From the NCBI GenBank assembly GCA_012522575.1, contig JAAYKE010000049.1, positions 2,445 to 66,444 on the forward strand: a DNA stretch of 64,000 nt, read 5' to 3'. The position numbers were made by a program, and so were the translations under genes. A model generated the notes under the pieces. That model ran no database searches and had not been told where the DNA came from. It was given only the letters and a program-made list of their open reading frames with translations. The stretch comes from Armatimonadota bacterium. GTDB taxonomy: Bacteria; Armatimonadota; UBA5829. Below, one piece after another: positions 20,946 through 31,756 of the stretch (its first letter is position 1; every line of letters begins with the position of its first letter).

Positions 20946-21220
20946 GTAACAGCTCACGAATGATGAGGTCTAGAGGTTAGAGGTTGGAAGTTGGAGGTTA
21001 GATGAGTTATTGAGAGGGTTATGCGTAGCCTCCAATTTTTGTCATTCCGAGGCGAATGCCGAGGAATCTGCTTTTTCCCTTCTCATTTCTGGGTCTCGCT
21101 TCTTTCGGGCTTTCGCGATTTACGTAAAAGCAGATTTCTCACTTCGTTCGAAATGACATAGTTTGTGTGGCTGGGACAGAGACCAGTCACTACAATCACT
21201 CACGAAGAGTGAGTTGTTAC
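20946..21220 (+). repeat. MITE-like repeat with terminal inverted repeats, heptamer tract and internal palindrome
   Basis: GTAACAGCTCA...TGAGTTGTTAC ends; flanks ctgctttg / ctactttg; (TAGAGGT)n-like tract; TGTCATTCCGA...TTCGAAATGACA core. Confidence 0.8.
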
Positions 21221-21296
21221 CTACTTTGTTTGTGATTGACACGCCGCAAAGAGGGTGGTAGACTCTGACCGAAATCAGCTCAGGAGGGTTCCCAAA

Positions 21297-21899
21297 GTGT
21301 ATGTTGGACGAATCGTGGCGGTTGGTAAAACCGACAGGCCGTTTGTAGCTTATAGAGTCTCTTCGAGGTCATTTCCCAACAGAGTTGCACGGATAACCGA
21401 TGTTGGCGTCGCAATTCAGCCGCTTGACCCGGAGGATATGAAACGCAACCCGTATATTGCATACAACTGCATTAGGGTTTCGCGAAATGGAGTAGTCGTA
21501 TCGAACGGTTCACACACCGACCCGATTTTCGAGAAACTGGAGTCCGGAGTAGAGCCGGAGACGGCGCTGCAGCAGACCCTTGAGGAGATGGGCTATGAAC
21601 GCGATGATTTTAATACCCCGCGAATAGCCGGTATCGTCACCGATAAGGTTGGTTATGTGGCAACCATTCGGGCAGATGGATTTGAGGTCGCAAGTTTTGA
21701 ACTCAAAGACAACTCCTGTCAGGTGATCTGCACCTATGAGATGGATAAAATACAAGGCGATGGGCATCCGTTCGCCGCGCAAACTGCCCTTGAGGCGGCT
21801 GAATATGTTGTGGATGGAGGGATTTTTGCGGATCTCGAGCTGCCGATCTGCGCTGCGGCGTGGATGGGTGAATTGGCTGTGTTGAACCCGCATGAGTGA
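21297..21899 (+). CDS. purO: Archaeal-type IMP cyclohydrolase
   Basis: GTG start behind AGGAGG; MYVGRIV, YRVSSRSFPNR, NPYIAYNCI, SNGSHTD, YERDDFNTPRIAG motifs. Confidence 0.85.
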   Translation: MYVGRIVAVGKTDRPFVAYRVSSRSFPNRVARITDVGVAIQPLDPEDMKRNPYIAYNCIRVSRNGVVVSNGSHTDPIFEKLESGVEPETALQQTLEEMGYERDDFNTPRIAGIVTDKVGYVATIRADGFEVASFELKDNSCQVICTYEMDKIQGDGHPFAAQTALEAAEYVVDGGIFADLELPICAAAWMGELAVLNPHE

Positions 21900-21947
21900 G
21901 ATTGCCGGTATAATTCCAGGTTATGCTGTGTTATAATCATCAAGCGC

Positions 21948-22023
21948 GCACCCGTAGCTCAGTGGATAGAGCGCTTGCCTCCGGAGCAAGAAGTCGGGCG
22001 TTCGAATCGCCCCGGGTGCGCCA
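21948..22023 (+). tRNA. tRNA-Arg(CCG)
   Basis: Acceptor GCACCCG/CGGGTGC, anticodon arm CTTGC-CT-CCG-GA-GCAAG, TTCGAAT T-loop, encoded CCA. Confidence 0.95.
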
Positions 22024-22124
22024 TTGCATCGAATTCCACAGCCAATATCTTCCGAATGCGATTTTTATTGATTCTTCGACGGTGTATAATGCAGGAGTCG
22101 CCGCAGCAAGGAAAGGAGTCTGTT

Positions 22125-23909
22125 ATGCGCGTATGTCTGCTTGTCGCAGCCGCGATGGTCGCAATTTTGAGCAGTCCGGGAGGAGCTGATATGAAACTTG
22201 TACAAGACGGCCGGACCGATTATTGTATCGTTCTGGCAAAAGATGCTTCGCCATCTGAGCATTGGGCCGCTAGTGAACTCAAACAGTTTATCGGGGAGAT
22301 GTCCGGTGCGGTGATACCGTATGCCGAGGATAGCAATGAAGCGCCTGCACACGCTATTTTGCTGGGAGATTCCAGGGCGCTGCAATCTTTGGGCGCGGGC
22401 ATAGACTTTGACGACCTCGGCGAGGAAGGGTTTGCCATCAAGACGGTCGGGGATCGTTTGGTGATTGCAGGCGGCAGGCTTCGCGGCACGATGTATGGCG
22501 TCTATGAGCTTCTGGAGAGGCTCGGCTGCAGATTTTTGACCGATAAAGTTAATAAGGTCCCAAAGACGAGGGATATTTTCGTTGGGACAATAGACATTAC
22601 GCAAAAGCCCGCATTTGAATATCGCGATGTCTATATTCGCGAAGCTATGACCCCAAATTATGCAGCCCGAAACCGCGGCAATAGCTATATGGCGAAAATC
22701 GACAAGAAGCGCGGAGGCAGCATAGCCTATTATCCGTTCGTTCATAGCTTCAACATGCTCGTTCCGCTGGAGAAATACTGGGATAGTCACCCTGAGTATT
22801 TCTCGATGATCGAGGGCAAACGCATCAAAGACCACACTCAGTTGTGTATGTCGAACCCGGAAGTTCTTAGAATCGCGACGGAGACTGTGATGGGTTGGAT
22901 GCGTGACAAATCGGAGGCCAAAATCTGCTCCGTCTCGCAAAACGACTGGTATAACAACTGCCAGTGCCCGAACTGCAAGGCCATTGACGATGAAGAAGGA
23001 AGCCCGTCCGGCTTGATGCTGCGGTTTGTGAACGCGATTGCCGAGCAGACTTCTAAAGTATATCCCGATAAGCTGATTGATACTTTGGCGTATCAGTGGA
23101 CAGAGAAGCCGCCGAAGGTCACAACGAAACTGCATCCCAATGTGCGAGTGCGGCTGTGCCCGATATTTTGCTGCGAATCGCATGCTTATGAGAGCTGCGG
23201 CACCAAAGAGAATAATGATTTTGTAGAAAACCTCAAAGAGTGGAGCAAGATCACCGATCAGCTTTACATTTGGCACTACAATACTAGTTTCGCGCACTAT
23301 CTGAACCCGTTCCCGGATTTTTGGCAGTTGATGGATACTGCGAAGCTGTATAAGCGTTATGGAGTGAAGGGCATCTTCTGGGAGGGATCCTATCCGCCGG
23401 GCGGCGGCGGAGAGATGGCCTATCTGCGCTCCAATTTGCTGTCTAAGATCACCTGGGACCCGGAGGTCGACGGAAACGCGGTTATGCGCGAGTTCTGCGA
23501 CGATTTCTATGGCAGGAGCGGCAAATATATCTATGAGTATGTGCAGATGCTTCTGAACAAGGTGACAAAGGATCATATTCACATGAAAATATGGTCAACG
23601 CCGACTGAGCCGTTTTTGACGCCTGAGATTATCGCCGCCGCCGATAAGTTGTTTGATAAGGCGGAGGCTGAGGCTGAGTCCGATGAGATTCTGGACCGGA
23701 TCAAGCATGACAGGATTCCGATTCAGTATGTGAAGTTTATGCAGCCGGTTATGAACAAGCAGGTCCAGGGCAAGGAAGCCGACTTTCTCAAGCAACTCGA
23801 TGACTTTGTTGCGCTGTGCAGGAGTCGCGGTATGACGCATATCAGCGAATGGGAGGATTTGTCCGCCTATCACGAGCGCACGAAGAAAGCTATCGAAGGT
23901 AAAGAATAA
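22125..23909 (+). CDS. Exported DUF4838 domain protein (GH-like N-terminal domain)
   Basis: AAGGAG RBS, signal peptide; RGTMYGVYELLE, HPEYF, LCMSNPEV, SQND..CQC motifs; longer ORF overlaps the tRNA so start moved. Confidence 0.8.
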   Translation: MRVCLLVAAAMVAILSSPGGADMKLVQDGRTDYCIVLAKDASPSEHWAASELKQFIGEMSGAVIPYAEDSNEAPAHAILLGDSRALQSLGAGIDFDDLGEEGFAIKTVGDRLVIAGGRLRGTMYGVYELLERLGCRFLTDKVNKVPKTRDIFVGTIDITQKPAFEYRDVYIREAMTPNYAARNRGNSYMAKIDKKRGGSIAYYPFVHSFNMLVPLEKYWDSHPEYFSMIEGKRIKDHTQLCMSNPEVLRIATETVMGWMRDKSEAKICSVSQNDWYNNCQCPNCKAIDDEEGSPSGLMLRFVNAIAEQTSKVYPDKLIDTLAYQWTEKPPKVTTKLHPNVRVRLCPIFCCESHAYESCGTKENNDFVENLKEWSKITDQLYIWHYNTSFAHYLNPFPDFWQLMDTAKLYKRYGVKGIFWEGSYPPGGGGEMAYLRSNLLSKITWDPEVDGNAVMREFCDDFYGRSGKYIYEYVQMLLNKVTKDHIHMKIWSTPTEPFLTPEIIAAADKLFDKAEAEAESDEILDRIKHDRIPIQYVKFMQPVMNKQVQGKEADFLKQLDDFVALCRSRGMTHISEWEDLSAYHERTKKAIEGKE

Positions 23910-24139
23910 TTGGTAAAGGGTGTCGATTTGGCGATTGACACCCTTAATTGTTGCTTGCAGTTGTTCATAACTTCTGAGAAACTGCCAATGAGCTACTTCT
24001 TTAATTGACAGGGCAATAAGCTCTACATATAATTTGTACGCACCCCAGTCCCGGGGTTCGCTCTATTGAGCATATTGATATGTAGCCGCTTCGGCATAAT
24101 TGGGACCGGCCCGAAGCGAAGAACGGAGGAAACATCGGT

Positions 24140-25246
24140 ATGGCACAAGTCGTGCTGAAGGATTTGACCAAGACCTTCAAGACTGTGGTCGCGGTCAACA
24201 ATATGAACCTTGAGATCAAAGACAAGGAATTTCTCGTGCTTGTCGGGCCATCGGGCTGCGGTAAGACGACAGCTTTGAGAATGGTTGCAGGGCTTGAGGA
24301 ATCGACAGAAGGCGAAATTTACATTGGAGATCGGCTGGTCAACGATGTTTCTCCAAAAGATCGTGATATCGCGATGGTCTTTCAGAACTACGCTCTGTAT
24401 CCGCACATGAGCGTGTATGACAATATGGCGTTTGGATTGAAGCTGCGAAAGCTGCCTAAAGAACAGATTCAGGCGCGGGTCAACGAAGCGGCGGACCTTT
24501 TGGGATTGGCCGATTTGCTTAATCGCAAACCCAAGCAACTCTCCGGCGGGCAGAGACAGCGCGTTGCTCTTGGACGTGCGATAGTGCGCGAGCCGAAGGT
24601 CTTCCTTATGGACGAACCTCTCTCCAACCTAGACGCAAAGCTGCGCGTACAGACTCGCGCTGAACTGATCAAGCTGCACCGCAGGCTGGGGATCACCACC
24701 ATCTACGTCACACACGACCAGGTGGAAGCGATGACGATGGGCGATCGCATTGTGGTTATGAAGGATGGAGTTGTCCAGCAGGTGGACTCTCCCCTTGGGC
24801 TGTATAATACTCCGGCCAACGTGTTCGTGGCAGGGTTTATCGGCACGCCCTCGATGAACTTTATCGAGGCTAAGATCACTAATGGCGCGGATGGCTATGG
24901 AATTGATACCGGATGTTTCACGGTGAAGCCGCCTGATGATAAAACGAAACTGCTGGCAAATTATGTCGGCAAGGACGTGATTTTTGGCGTGCGACCGGAA
25001 GATATCTTCGACAAATCTCTGGTCAATATTATACAAGCGACTCCGTATAATACTATCAGAGCGGTAGTGGACGTGATGGAGCCGATGGGCAACATCGTGA
25101 CGATGTATCTGAGCTGCGGCAAGCACGACATTGTCGCCAGTATCGACGCCGATTCCAAAGCCAAAGACGGCGAAGAGATGGAGCTGATTCTGGATATGGC
25201 AAAGACCCACGTCTTTGATAAAGAGACCGAGAAAGCGATATATTGA
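24140..25246 (+). CDS. Sugar ABC transporter ATPase (MalK/MsmX/UgpC family)
   Basis: GPSGCGKT, LSGGQRQR, DEPLSNLDAKLR, C-terminal TOBE domain. Confidence 0.95.
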   Translation: MAQVVLKDLTKTFKTVVAVNNMNLEIKDKEFLVLVGPSGCGKTTALRMVAGLEESTEGEIYIGDRLVNDVSPKDRDIAMVFQNYALYPHMSVYDNMAFGLKLRKLPKEQIQARVNEAADLLGLADLLNRKPKQLSGGQRQRVALGRAIVREPKVFLMDEPLSNLDAKLRVQTRAELIKLHRRLGITTIYVTHDQVEAMTMGDRIVVMKDGVVQQVDSPLGLYNTPANVFVAGFIGTPSMNFIEAKITNGADGYGIDTGCFTVKPPDDKTKLLANYVGKDVIFGVRPEDIFDKSLVNIIQATPYNTIRAVVDVMEPMGNIVTMYLSCGKHDIVASIDADSKAKDGEEMELILDMAKTHVFDKETEKAIY

Positions 25247-25270
25247 TCGGTTTTTGAAGTCTGATATCAG

Positions 25271-25299
25271 TGGCCTCGGAGGAATCCGGGGCCATTTTT
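25271..25299 (+). terminator. Putative intrinsic terminator
   Basis: TGGCCTCGGA-GGAA-TCCGGGGCCA hairpin followed by T-run just after the ATPase stop. Confidence 0.55.
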
Positions 25300-25337
25300 G
25301 CGTATGAGGCAGTATGACATTGACTAGGAAGTGCGAA

Positions 25338-27497
25338 ATGAGAGTAGTGGTGATGATGGTTTTTATGCTGATGCTTGTAAATGCAGGATTTGCGGATGTA
25401 GAAGGGCCGAGGATCACGGATGCTGAGTTTTTTGATGCGATGAACCTAGATTATCCGGGACTGGAGAGCGTGAAAACGGCGGCGGATGCGTCGGATTTTG
25501 CAGCGGCGAAACACGAGTTTGCCGAGTATCTGAGGGAGCGCAAAAAACCTGTGTATAAGCCGGATTGGTTGGCTGGTCTTGCTCGTGGAAAACGCACTGA
25601 TAAGACCGACACCAGGCAGGCTGACCGGATTTTGCAGCGGGATTTGCCGAGCGTGGGAGTCTATCATAAATATGAAGGCAGAATCGACTGGAGCCTGGAC
25701 CCGATAAACTATCGAGAGTGGCCGTTTCAGTTGAACCGACATTCGTTTTGGACGACTCTGGGTTTGGCGTACCTGGAGACCGGCGAGGAAAAATATGCCG
25801 AAGAGTTCGTTTATCAGATGACAGACTGGGTCAAGCAGTGCCCTGTGCCGATCAACGACAGCGGCAATAGAGGTGTGCTGTGGAGAACCATCGAGCAGGG
25901 AATCAGGATGGGACAGACCTGGCCTGCTGCGTATTTTCTGTTTATCAAATCGCCATCGTTTACTGATGAGGCTATTGTGACGATGGTCAAGTCGATGGTG
26001 GAACACGCACGGCATTTGATGATCCACCAAACGACCGCTAACTGGCTGTCGATGGAGTGCAACGGGTTGATGCACGTAGGGGTGCTGTTTCCTGAGTTCA
26101 AAGAGGCCGACGAATGGAGAAAGACCGCCATTGACAGGATGTATGTGGAGCTTGACAAGCAAGTCTACCCTGATGGCGCACAAATTGAGCTGTCTACGGG
26201 GTACCATCAAGTGTCGCTGAACAATTTTTTGATGCTGTGGAATGTGGCGCATATCAACGATGTGCCTGTGCCGGAGGACTATATCGCCAGGCTGGAGAAA
26301 ATGTTTGATTACAATCTCTACGCCTCTATGCCTAACGGGTATCTGCCGGGGCTGAACGATGCGGGGGCGACTAACGTCAAGGGGCAGGCTCAGATGGGGC
26401 TGACATATTTTCCAGACAGGAAAGACTATCTGTGGCTTGCGACGCTTGGCAAAGAAGGAACGAAGCCGGATGTGGATTCGATAGCCCTGCCATTTTCGGG
26501 ACATTTAATTATGCGGTCCGGATGGGATGCAGATGCGCGGTATATGCTCTTTGATGCAGGGCCGTTTGGGTATGGCCACCAGCACGAGGACGCGCTCAGT
26601 TTTGTGATCTTCGCCTATGGCAAGTATATGCTGATCGACCCTGGTAACTATCCTTATGACAGCTCTCAATGGCGGAAATATGTGCTGTCGACGAGGGCGC
26701 ATAATACGATAATGGTCGATGGATGTGAGCAGCATCGCAGAGATCGACCGAGACAGGAATATGTGCTCGCCAAACCAATGCCGATCAAGTGGGCATCGGC
26801 TGAGAAATACGACTATGCGTCGAGCGTTTATGGGGACAACTACTGCAGTGATAATTCGGTGAAGGTGGAGCACGAGCGCAGCATTTTCTTCGTGAAGCCG
26901 GATTATTGGATCGTTGTGGATAAGCTGACTCCGGAAGATGATAAGCCTCATAAATATGAGAGTATGTTTCATCTCGATATGAGCGGAACGGAGGTGGATG
27001 CTGCAACAAAGGCCGTGCATACAACTGATGAGAAGGGCGCGAATTTGTCGATCTGGCCTGCGTATGACGATTCGCTTTCGGTCTCGGTGATAGCCGGGCA
27101 GGAGGAACCGATCGTGCAGGGTTGGATACGACTCAAAGATTATGAATGCAGGCCCATCCCCACACCAGTTTATGAAAAAGAGCACTCTGGCGTGACCAGG
27201 CTGGCCTATGTCTTCTACCCTACGCCTGAGGGTGCAAAATGTCCGGTGAAGGGTGTGGAGTATGTGCCGGTGCGTGTAGGAGAAGGTGTTGCGCTGGCGA
27301 TTGACTTCGGAGAAGGCAGAATAGACTACTTCGCGCTGTCTGATGCGCCGGGCAAGCAGATCAAATTCGGCAACTTAACAACCGATTCCAGAGCCGCTTA
27401 TTTCCGAACATCAAACGGCAAAGTCGAGGACTCGGTGATGGTCAGGCACGCGATCAGAGACCTGTCGAAGACGGCGCAAAGACACGTCTTTGAGTGA
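25338..27497 (+). CDS. Heparinase II/III-family polysaccharide lyase
   Basis: Signal peptide; WRTIEQGIR, ANW, PDGAQIELSTGYH, GHQHEDALS, AHNTI motifs. Confidence 0.85.
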   Translation: MRVVVMMVFMLMLVNAGFADVEGPRITDAEFFDAMNLDYPGLESVKTAADASDFAAAKHEFAEYLRERKKPVYKPDWLAGLARGKRTDKTDTRQADRILQRDLPSVGVYHKYEGRIDWSLDPINYREWPFQLNRHSFWTTLGLAYLETGEEKYAEEFVYQMTDWVKQCPVPINDSGNRGVLWRTIEQGIRMGQTWPAAYFLFIKSPSFTDEAIVTMVKSMVEHARHLMIHQTTANWLSMECNGLMHVGVLFPEFKEADEWRKTAIDRMYVELDKQVYPDGAQIELSTGYHQVSLNNFLMLWNVAHINDVPVPEDYIARLEKMFDYNLYASMPNGYLPGLNDAGATNVKGQAQMGLTYFPDRKDYLWLATLGKEGTKPDVDSIALPFSGHLIMRSGWDADARYMLFDAGPFGYGHQHEDALSFVIFAYGKYMLIDPGNYPYDSSQWRKYVLSTRAHNTIMVDGCEQHRRDRPRQEYVLAKPMPIKWASAEKYDYASSVYGDNYCSDNSVKVEHERSIFFVKPDYWIVVDKLTPEDDKPHKYESMFHLDMSGTEVDAATKAVHTTDEKGANLSIWPAYDDSLSVSVIAGQEEPIVQGWIRLKDYECRPIPTPVYEKEHSGVTRLAYVFYPTPEGAKCPVKGVEYVPVRVGEGVALAIDFGEGRIDYFALSDAPGKQIKFGNLTTDSRAAYFRTSNGKVEDSVMVRHAIRDLSKTAQRHVFE

Positions 27498-27581
27498 CGG
27501 GTTCAGAGGCAGGAAAAGACGATCGTCGATTTGACATGGGTGGCGATTCAGCGCGTCGCCACCCATATATGATATTTCTTT

Positions 27582-28730
27582 TTATTTCAAATACGCAAAA
27601 GCCTGGTCGAGGTCGGCGATAAGGTCTTCTACATCCTCGATTCCGACAGACAGCCTGACCAGGCCGTCCGGAACTCCGAGGGCTTTGCGTTCCTCAACCG
27701 TGCACTCTACGTGGCTGGTGGTTCGCGCCGGACCGTAGGTGGTCTCAACCGCGCCGAGGTTTGCGGCCCGGTTTGCATATTGCAGTTTGGGCAGCAGTAT
27801 CGATGCCGACTCCATTCCACCCTTGAGCGCAAAGCTCATCATCGCTCCAAAATCGCTCATTTGTCTGGCCGCTACGTCGTGGTGCAGATGGCTCGTCAGG
27901 CCGGGATAGTGGACAGCTTCGACCATTTTCTGCGTTTGCAGATATGCCGCCATTTTCTTTGCGCTTTCACACTGCCGCAGCACTCGCAGATTGAGCGTCT
28001 TCATTCCCCTGAGCAAGAGATATGCATCCCATGGGGCCAGGGTAGCTCCGTTGATCTCGCGATAGTGATGTATCTGTGTGATAAGTTCCTTGCTGCCGCA
28101 TACCGCTCCGCCCAGAGCATCGGCGTGGCCGCCGAGATATTTGGTCGCGCTGTGCAATGACAAGTCCGCTCCAAGCTCCAGAGGCTGCTGAAGGACGGGA
28201 GTTGCCATCGTATTGTCTACTATCAACAGCGCGCCGACGGCCTTTGCCGCTTTGGATATGCGAGCGATATCGGTTATCTTAACAAGTGGGTTGGTGGGAG
28301 TTTCAAGGTAGACGATCTTGCAGCCGCGGGCGATTTCGCGTTCGAGTTCTTCGTGGTCGCCGGTGTCACAAAGGGTGACATCTACGTTGATATTCGGCAG
28401 AAATTCACAAAAAAGCCTGTGGGTTCCGCCGTAGGAGTCTTTTATCGATACAACGCGGTCCCCGGGCCGTATGAACGCGTAAATGGAGTTGCTGACCGCG
28501 GCCATTCCCGTGGAGAAGCTCGTAGCGGCCTGCGCACCCTCCAGTTCTTTGATTTTATCTTCAAACGCATTCACGGTCGGGTTGGTATTGCGCCCGTAGA
28601 TATGGCCGGGCTTGTTGCCGATCGCCACATCGTACCACTCTTCCATATCGTCGTAGCCATAGGCGGAGCTAACGATCACCGGAACCTGAGTTGCGTGATG
28701 AACCCGCTGCGGTTTTTCGCCTGCCCACAC
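27582..28730 (-). CDS. Cystathionine gamma-synthase/lyase family PLP enzyme
   Basis: YGRNTNPT, ETPTNP, DNTMATP, HSATKYLGGH, RLSVGIED; true start uncertain (see findings). Confidence 0.9.
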   Translation of the reverse strand: MWAGEKPQRVHHATQVPVIVSSAYGYDDMEEWYDVAIGNKPGHIYGRNTNPTVNAFEDKIKELEGAQAATSFSTGMAAVSNSIYAFIRPGDRVVSIKDSYGGTHRLFCEFLPNINVDVTLCDTGDHEELEREIARGCKIVYLETPTNPLVKITDIARISKAAKAVGALLIVDNTMATPVLQQPLELGADLSLHSATKYLGGHADALGGAVCGSKELITQIHHYREINGATLAPWDAYLLLRGMKTLNLRVLRQCESAKKMAAYLQTQKMVEAVHYPGLTSHLHHDVAARQMSDFGAMMSFALKGGMESASILLPKLQYANRAANLGAVETTYGPARTTSHVECTVEERKALGVPDGLVRLSVGIEDVEDLIADLDQAFAYLK

Positions 28731-28831
28731 GGCGGCTGTGCCGATGCCGGGCTTTGCAGTTTTCTTGTCAGTAAATTGGTTTCACTCCTTTTTATATCGA
28801 GGCCGAAGTCGGAAATCCGCGATCCGATCTG

Positions 28832-29578
28832 TTAGCCGTGATCATGCTTTGATTTGGCAATTCTGGAAAATGGTCTTGGGAATTGCGGCGGGGTTGGACT
28901 ATGCTTTCGCACCACAACCAGCCGACGCACGATATTCTCCTTCGGTATGGTTATCTGCCTGACCTTCTCTATTGAACCTCCGAGTTGACCGATGAGCGGC
29001 CTTGCGGCGTCGACCTCGTTTGCGGATGCGTCGCTTTTCTGCGCGATGAAAACGCCGCCTACTTTAACCAAAGGCAGACAAAACTCGACAAGTATGGTCA
29101 TATCGGCCAAAGCGCGAGCGATCGCGATATCGTAAGCCTCTCTATGATCGGAATCTCGACCGGCGTCCTCTGCGCGCGCGTGGACTGTGCGTGCTCCGCT
29201 AAGCTCAAGCTCGGAAATCGCGTCTTCTATAAACTTGAGCTTTTTGGCCGATGAATCCATCAGCGTCATATCGAGATCCGGACGGGCGATTTTCATCGGT
29301 ATGCCGGGGAAACCCGCTCCGGCTCCGACATCAATCACCCTGACTCCCTGTTTAATGTTGATAGCGGCCAGGCATGTGAGCGAATCGAGATAGTGGCCGG
29401 TGACGATCTGGTCGGGCTGGGTTATGCGCGTCAGGTTAAGGGTCCTGTTTGTATCCACAAGCAGACGCGCGAAACAATCGAATTGGCCGATTTGATCGTC
29501 ATTGAGGCTGATGTCCAGTTCCTCGGCCCCTGTGCGAAGTAGTTCCACAGGTAAGAATGCGCTATCGGATTTACTCAC
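28832..29578 (-). CDS. rsmG: 16S rRNA m7G527 methyltransferase
   Basis: [29 protein letters not shown] start overlapping end of mnmG. Confidence 0.93.
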   Translation of the reverse strand: MSKSDSAFLPVELLRTGAEELDISLNDDQIGQFDCFARLLVDTNRTLNLTRITQPDQIVTGHYLDSLTCLAAINIKQGVRVIDVGAGAGFPGIPMKIARPDLDMTLMDSSAKKLKFIEDAISELELSGARTVHARAEDAGRDSDHREAYDIAIARALADMTILVEFCLPLVKVGGVFIAQKSDASANEVDAARPLIGQLGGSIEKVRQITIPKENIVRRLVVVRKHSPTPPQFPRPFSRIAKSKHDHG

Positions 29579-31448
29579 ATCCGCCCTCTTGTCTGCTGGT
29601 GTTGGATATCGTGACGGCGAGTATGGCGACATCGGCTGGGGTGACGCCGGGCACTCGTGAAGCCTGGCCAAGGGTGGCGGGACGAACCTTTGCGAGTTTT
29701 TCGGCCCCTTCTCGTGAGAGCGCTCTGATTGCGGGGTAGTCGATGGATTCAGGGATGGATTTCTCCTCCATCTTCCTGGCCTGCCGCACCTGCGTCTCCT
29801 GTCGTTCTATATAACCCATATATTTGACGCTAATCTCTACTTGCTCGGCAACATCGGGAGGCGTATCGCCGTTTGGAGCGGCCTTCGCAATATCGCTGTA
29901 TTCGATATCCGGCCTGCGCAATATCTCCTCCAACGAGATGCTTCTGCCGCTGATAGTGATGCCGAGCGAGTCGATCGCTTCTTTATCGGACGGACGCAGG
30001 AAGGTATTGGCCAGGCGGATATGCTCCTTTTCTACAAGCGTCTGCTTGGTCTGAAAGCGTTCCCAACGCTCGTCCGATACCAGTCCGACCTCCCGGCCAA
30101 TCGGAGTCAGCCGCTGGTCTGCATTGTCCTGCCGCAGAAGAAGTCTATATTCCGCCCTGGATGTCAAGAGTCGATACGGGTCGCTGACGCCCTTGGTGAC
30201 GAGATCGTCAACGAGCACCCCTATATAACCCTGGTCGCGTCGAATCACTACCGGCTGGCCGCCTCGAATTAGTTGCGCTGCGTTTATCGCAGCCATAATC
30301 CCCTGCGCGGCGGCCTCCTCGTAACCGGATGTACCGTTGATCTGCCCTGCAAAAAAGAGTCCATCGACGAGCTTGGTTTCCAGGGTAGGCTTAAGCTGAG
30401 TCGGAGGAGAAAAATCGTATTCGATTGCATAGCCCGGACGAATCACACGGCATTGTTCGAGGCCGGCAATTGTGCGCAGAGCTTCTATTTGCACGTCCTC
30501 CGGCAGGCTCGTTGACATTCCCTGAACGTAGATTTCGTCGGTGTTCCAGCCCTCCTGTTCGAGGAATATCTGGTGGCGGAGCTTGTCCGGGAACTTGACG
30601 AGCTTATCCTCTATTGAAGGGCAATATCTCGGCCCGACTCCTTCTATTCTGCCGCCATACATAGCGGAACGGTCGAGGTTGCGTATTATAATGTCGCGAG
30701 TGCGGTCGTTTGTATAGGTAAGAAAACACGGAAGCTGGTTTTCGGCGTTTTGATAAGGCTCGGTCCGCATAAAGGAGAACGGGACGGAGTCAGGCTCGGA
30801 GTCCTGTCTTTCGCACTGTGAATAGTCGACGCTTTTTTTGTCTATTCGGGCAGTAGTTCCGGTTTTGAGTCGACCCAACTCGAAGCCGAGGTTGCGCAGA
30901 CCCTCGGACAGGTTGTGCGCGGCGAACTCCCCTGCCCTGCCCGCCGATATCTGAGTCTCTCCAATATGAATCAAGCCGTTTAGAAACGTGCCGGTGGTTA
31001 CTATCACGCACTGCGCGGCATATTTCAGGCCGGTTTGAGTGGCAACAATCAGCCTCGATGGAGCATGCTGTTTGATATCGTCAACCATTGCCTGCTTGAT
31101 GTCGAGGTTAGGCTGCGCCATCAAAACCCGGCGCAGGTAGTCCTCATAGAGTCGTTTATCGACCTGCGCGCGCAAGGCTCGCACGGCAGGGCCTTTGCCG
31201 GTGTTGAGCATACGGACGTGCGTCAGGGTGGCATCGGTGGCAAGGGCCTGCTCCCCTCCGATGGCGTCTATCTCACGCACCAGATTGCCCTTCGCAGGAC
31301 CTCCGAGGCTGCAGTTGCAGGCCATGTGGCCGACTGTATCCATATTAATAGTCAAAAGCAGGGTTTCCAGCCCCATTCGAGCCGACGCCAGCGCTGCTTC
31401 ACAGCCCGCGTGCCCTGCCCCGACAACTATGACTTGATAGGTTTGCAT
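29571..31448 (-). CDS. mnmG: tRNA uridine-5-carboxymethylaminomethyl synthesis enzyme
   Basis: [35 protein letters not shown] motifs. Confidence 0.97.
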   Translation of the reverse strand: MQTYQVIVVGAGHAGCEAALASARMGLETLLLTINMDTVGHMACNCSLGGPAKGNLVREIDAIGGEQALATDATLTHVRMLNTGKGPAVRALRAQVDKRLYEDYLRRVLMAQPNLDIKQAMVDDIKQHAPSRLIVATQTGLKYAAQCVIVTTGTFLNGLIHIGETQISAGRAGEFAAHNLSEGLRNLGFELGRLKTGTTARIDKKSVDYSQCERQDSEPDSVPFSFMRTEPYQNAENQLPCFLTYTNDRTRDIIIRNLDRSAMYGGRIEGVGPRYCPSIEDKLVKFPDKLRHQIFLEQEGWNTDEIYVQGMSTSLPEDVQIEALRTIAGLEQCRVIRPGYAIEYDFSPPTQLKPTLETKLVDGLFFAGQINGTSGYEEAAAQGIMAAINAAQLIRGGQPVVIRRDQGYIGVLVDDLVTKGVSDPYRLLTSRAEYRLLLRQDNADQRLTPIGREVGLVSDERWERFQTKQTLVEKEHIRLANTFLRPSDKEAIDSLGITISGRSISLEEILRRPDIEYSDIAKAAPNGDTPPDVAEQVEISVKYMGYIERQETQVRQARKMEEKSIPESIDYPAIRALSREGAEKLAKVRPATLGQASRVPGVTPADVAILAVTISNTSRQEGGCE

Positions 31449-31501
31449 AACTATTTTATTATAGCAGGTTTGCGATTCCCCATATCAGAGCATTCTGTCT
31501 C

Positions 31502-31694
31502 GTAACAACTCACTCTTTATGAGTAGTTGTATTGGCTGGCCTCTGTCTCAGCCACACAAACTATGTCATTTCGAACGAAGTGAGAAATCTGATTTTATGT
31601 AAATCGCGAAAGCTCGAAAGAAGCGAAACCCGGAAAAGAGAAGGGAAAAAGCAGATTCCTCGGCATTCGCCTCGGAATGACAATGAGCTGTTAC
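31502..31694 (-). repeat. MITE-like repeat, inverted orientation
   Basis: GTAACAACTCA...TGAGCTGTTAC ends; flanks tctgtctc / cctgtctc; core is the reverse complement of the 20946 copy. Confidence 0.8.
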
Positions 31695-31756
31695 CCTGTC
31701 TCTTATTAGCCGTTCGGGTTATAATAGGACGATATAACTGTATGGAGGCGATTGAT

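Noticed and set aside
20946..21220. Repeats as a CRISPR array
   Set aside because: No regularly spaced identical repeats with unique spacers and no cas genes; copies are dispersed and palindromic
21975..22124. N-terminal extension of the DUF4838 ORF and the 21923-22189 ORF
   Set aside because: They overlap tRNA-Arg; real start with RBS and signal peptide is at 22125
22065..23582. Long antisense ORFs (505 aa here; similarly 25446-26504, 35032-35979, 62593-63456)
   Set aside because: Shadow frames opposite well-supported genes, expected from codon bias; no recognisable motifs
31532..31756. 75-aa N-terminal extension of the GH20 ORF
   Set aside because: Reads through the MITE-like repeat; RBS and signal peptide indicate a start at 31757
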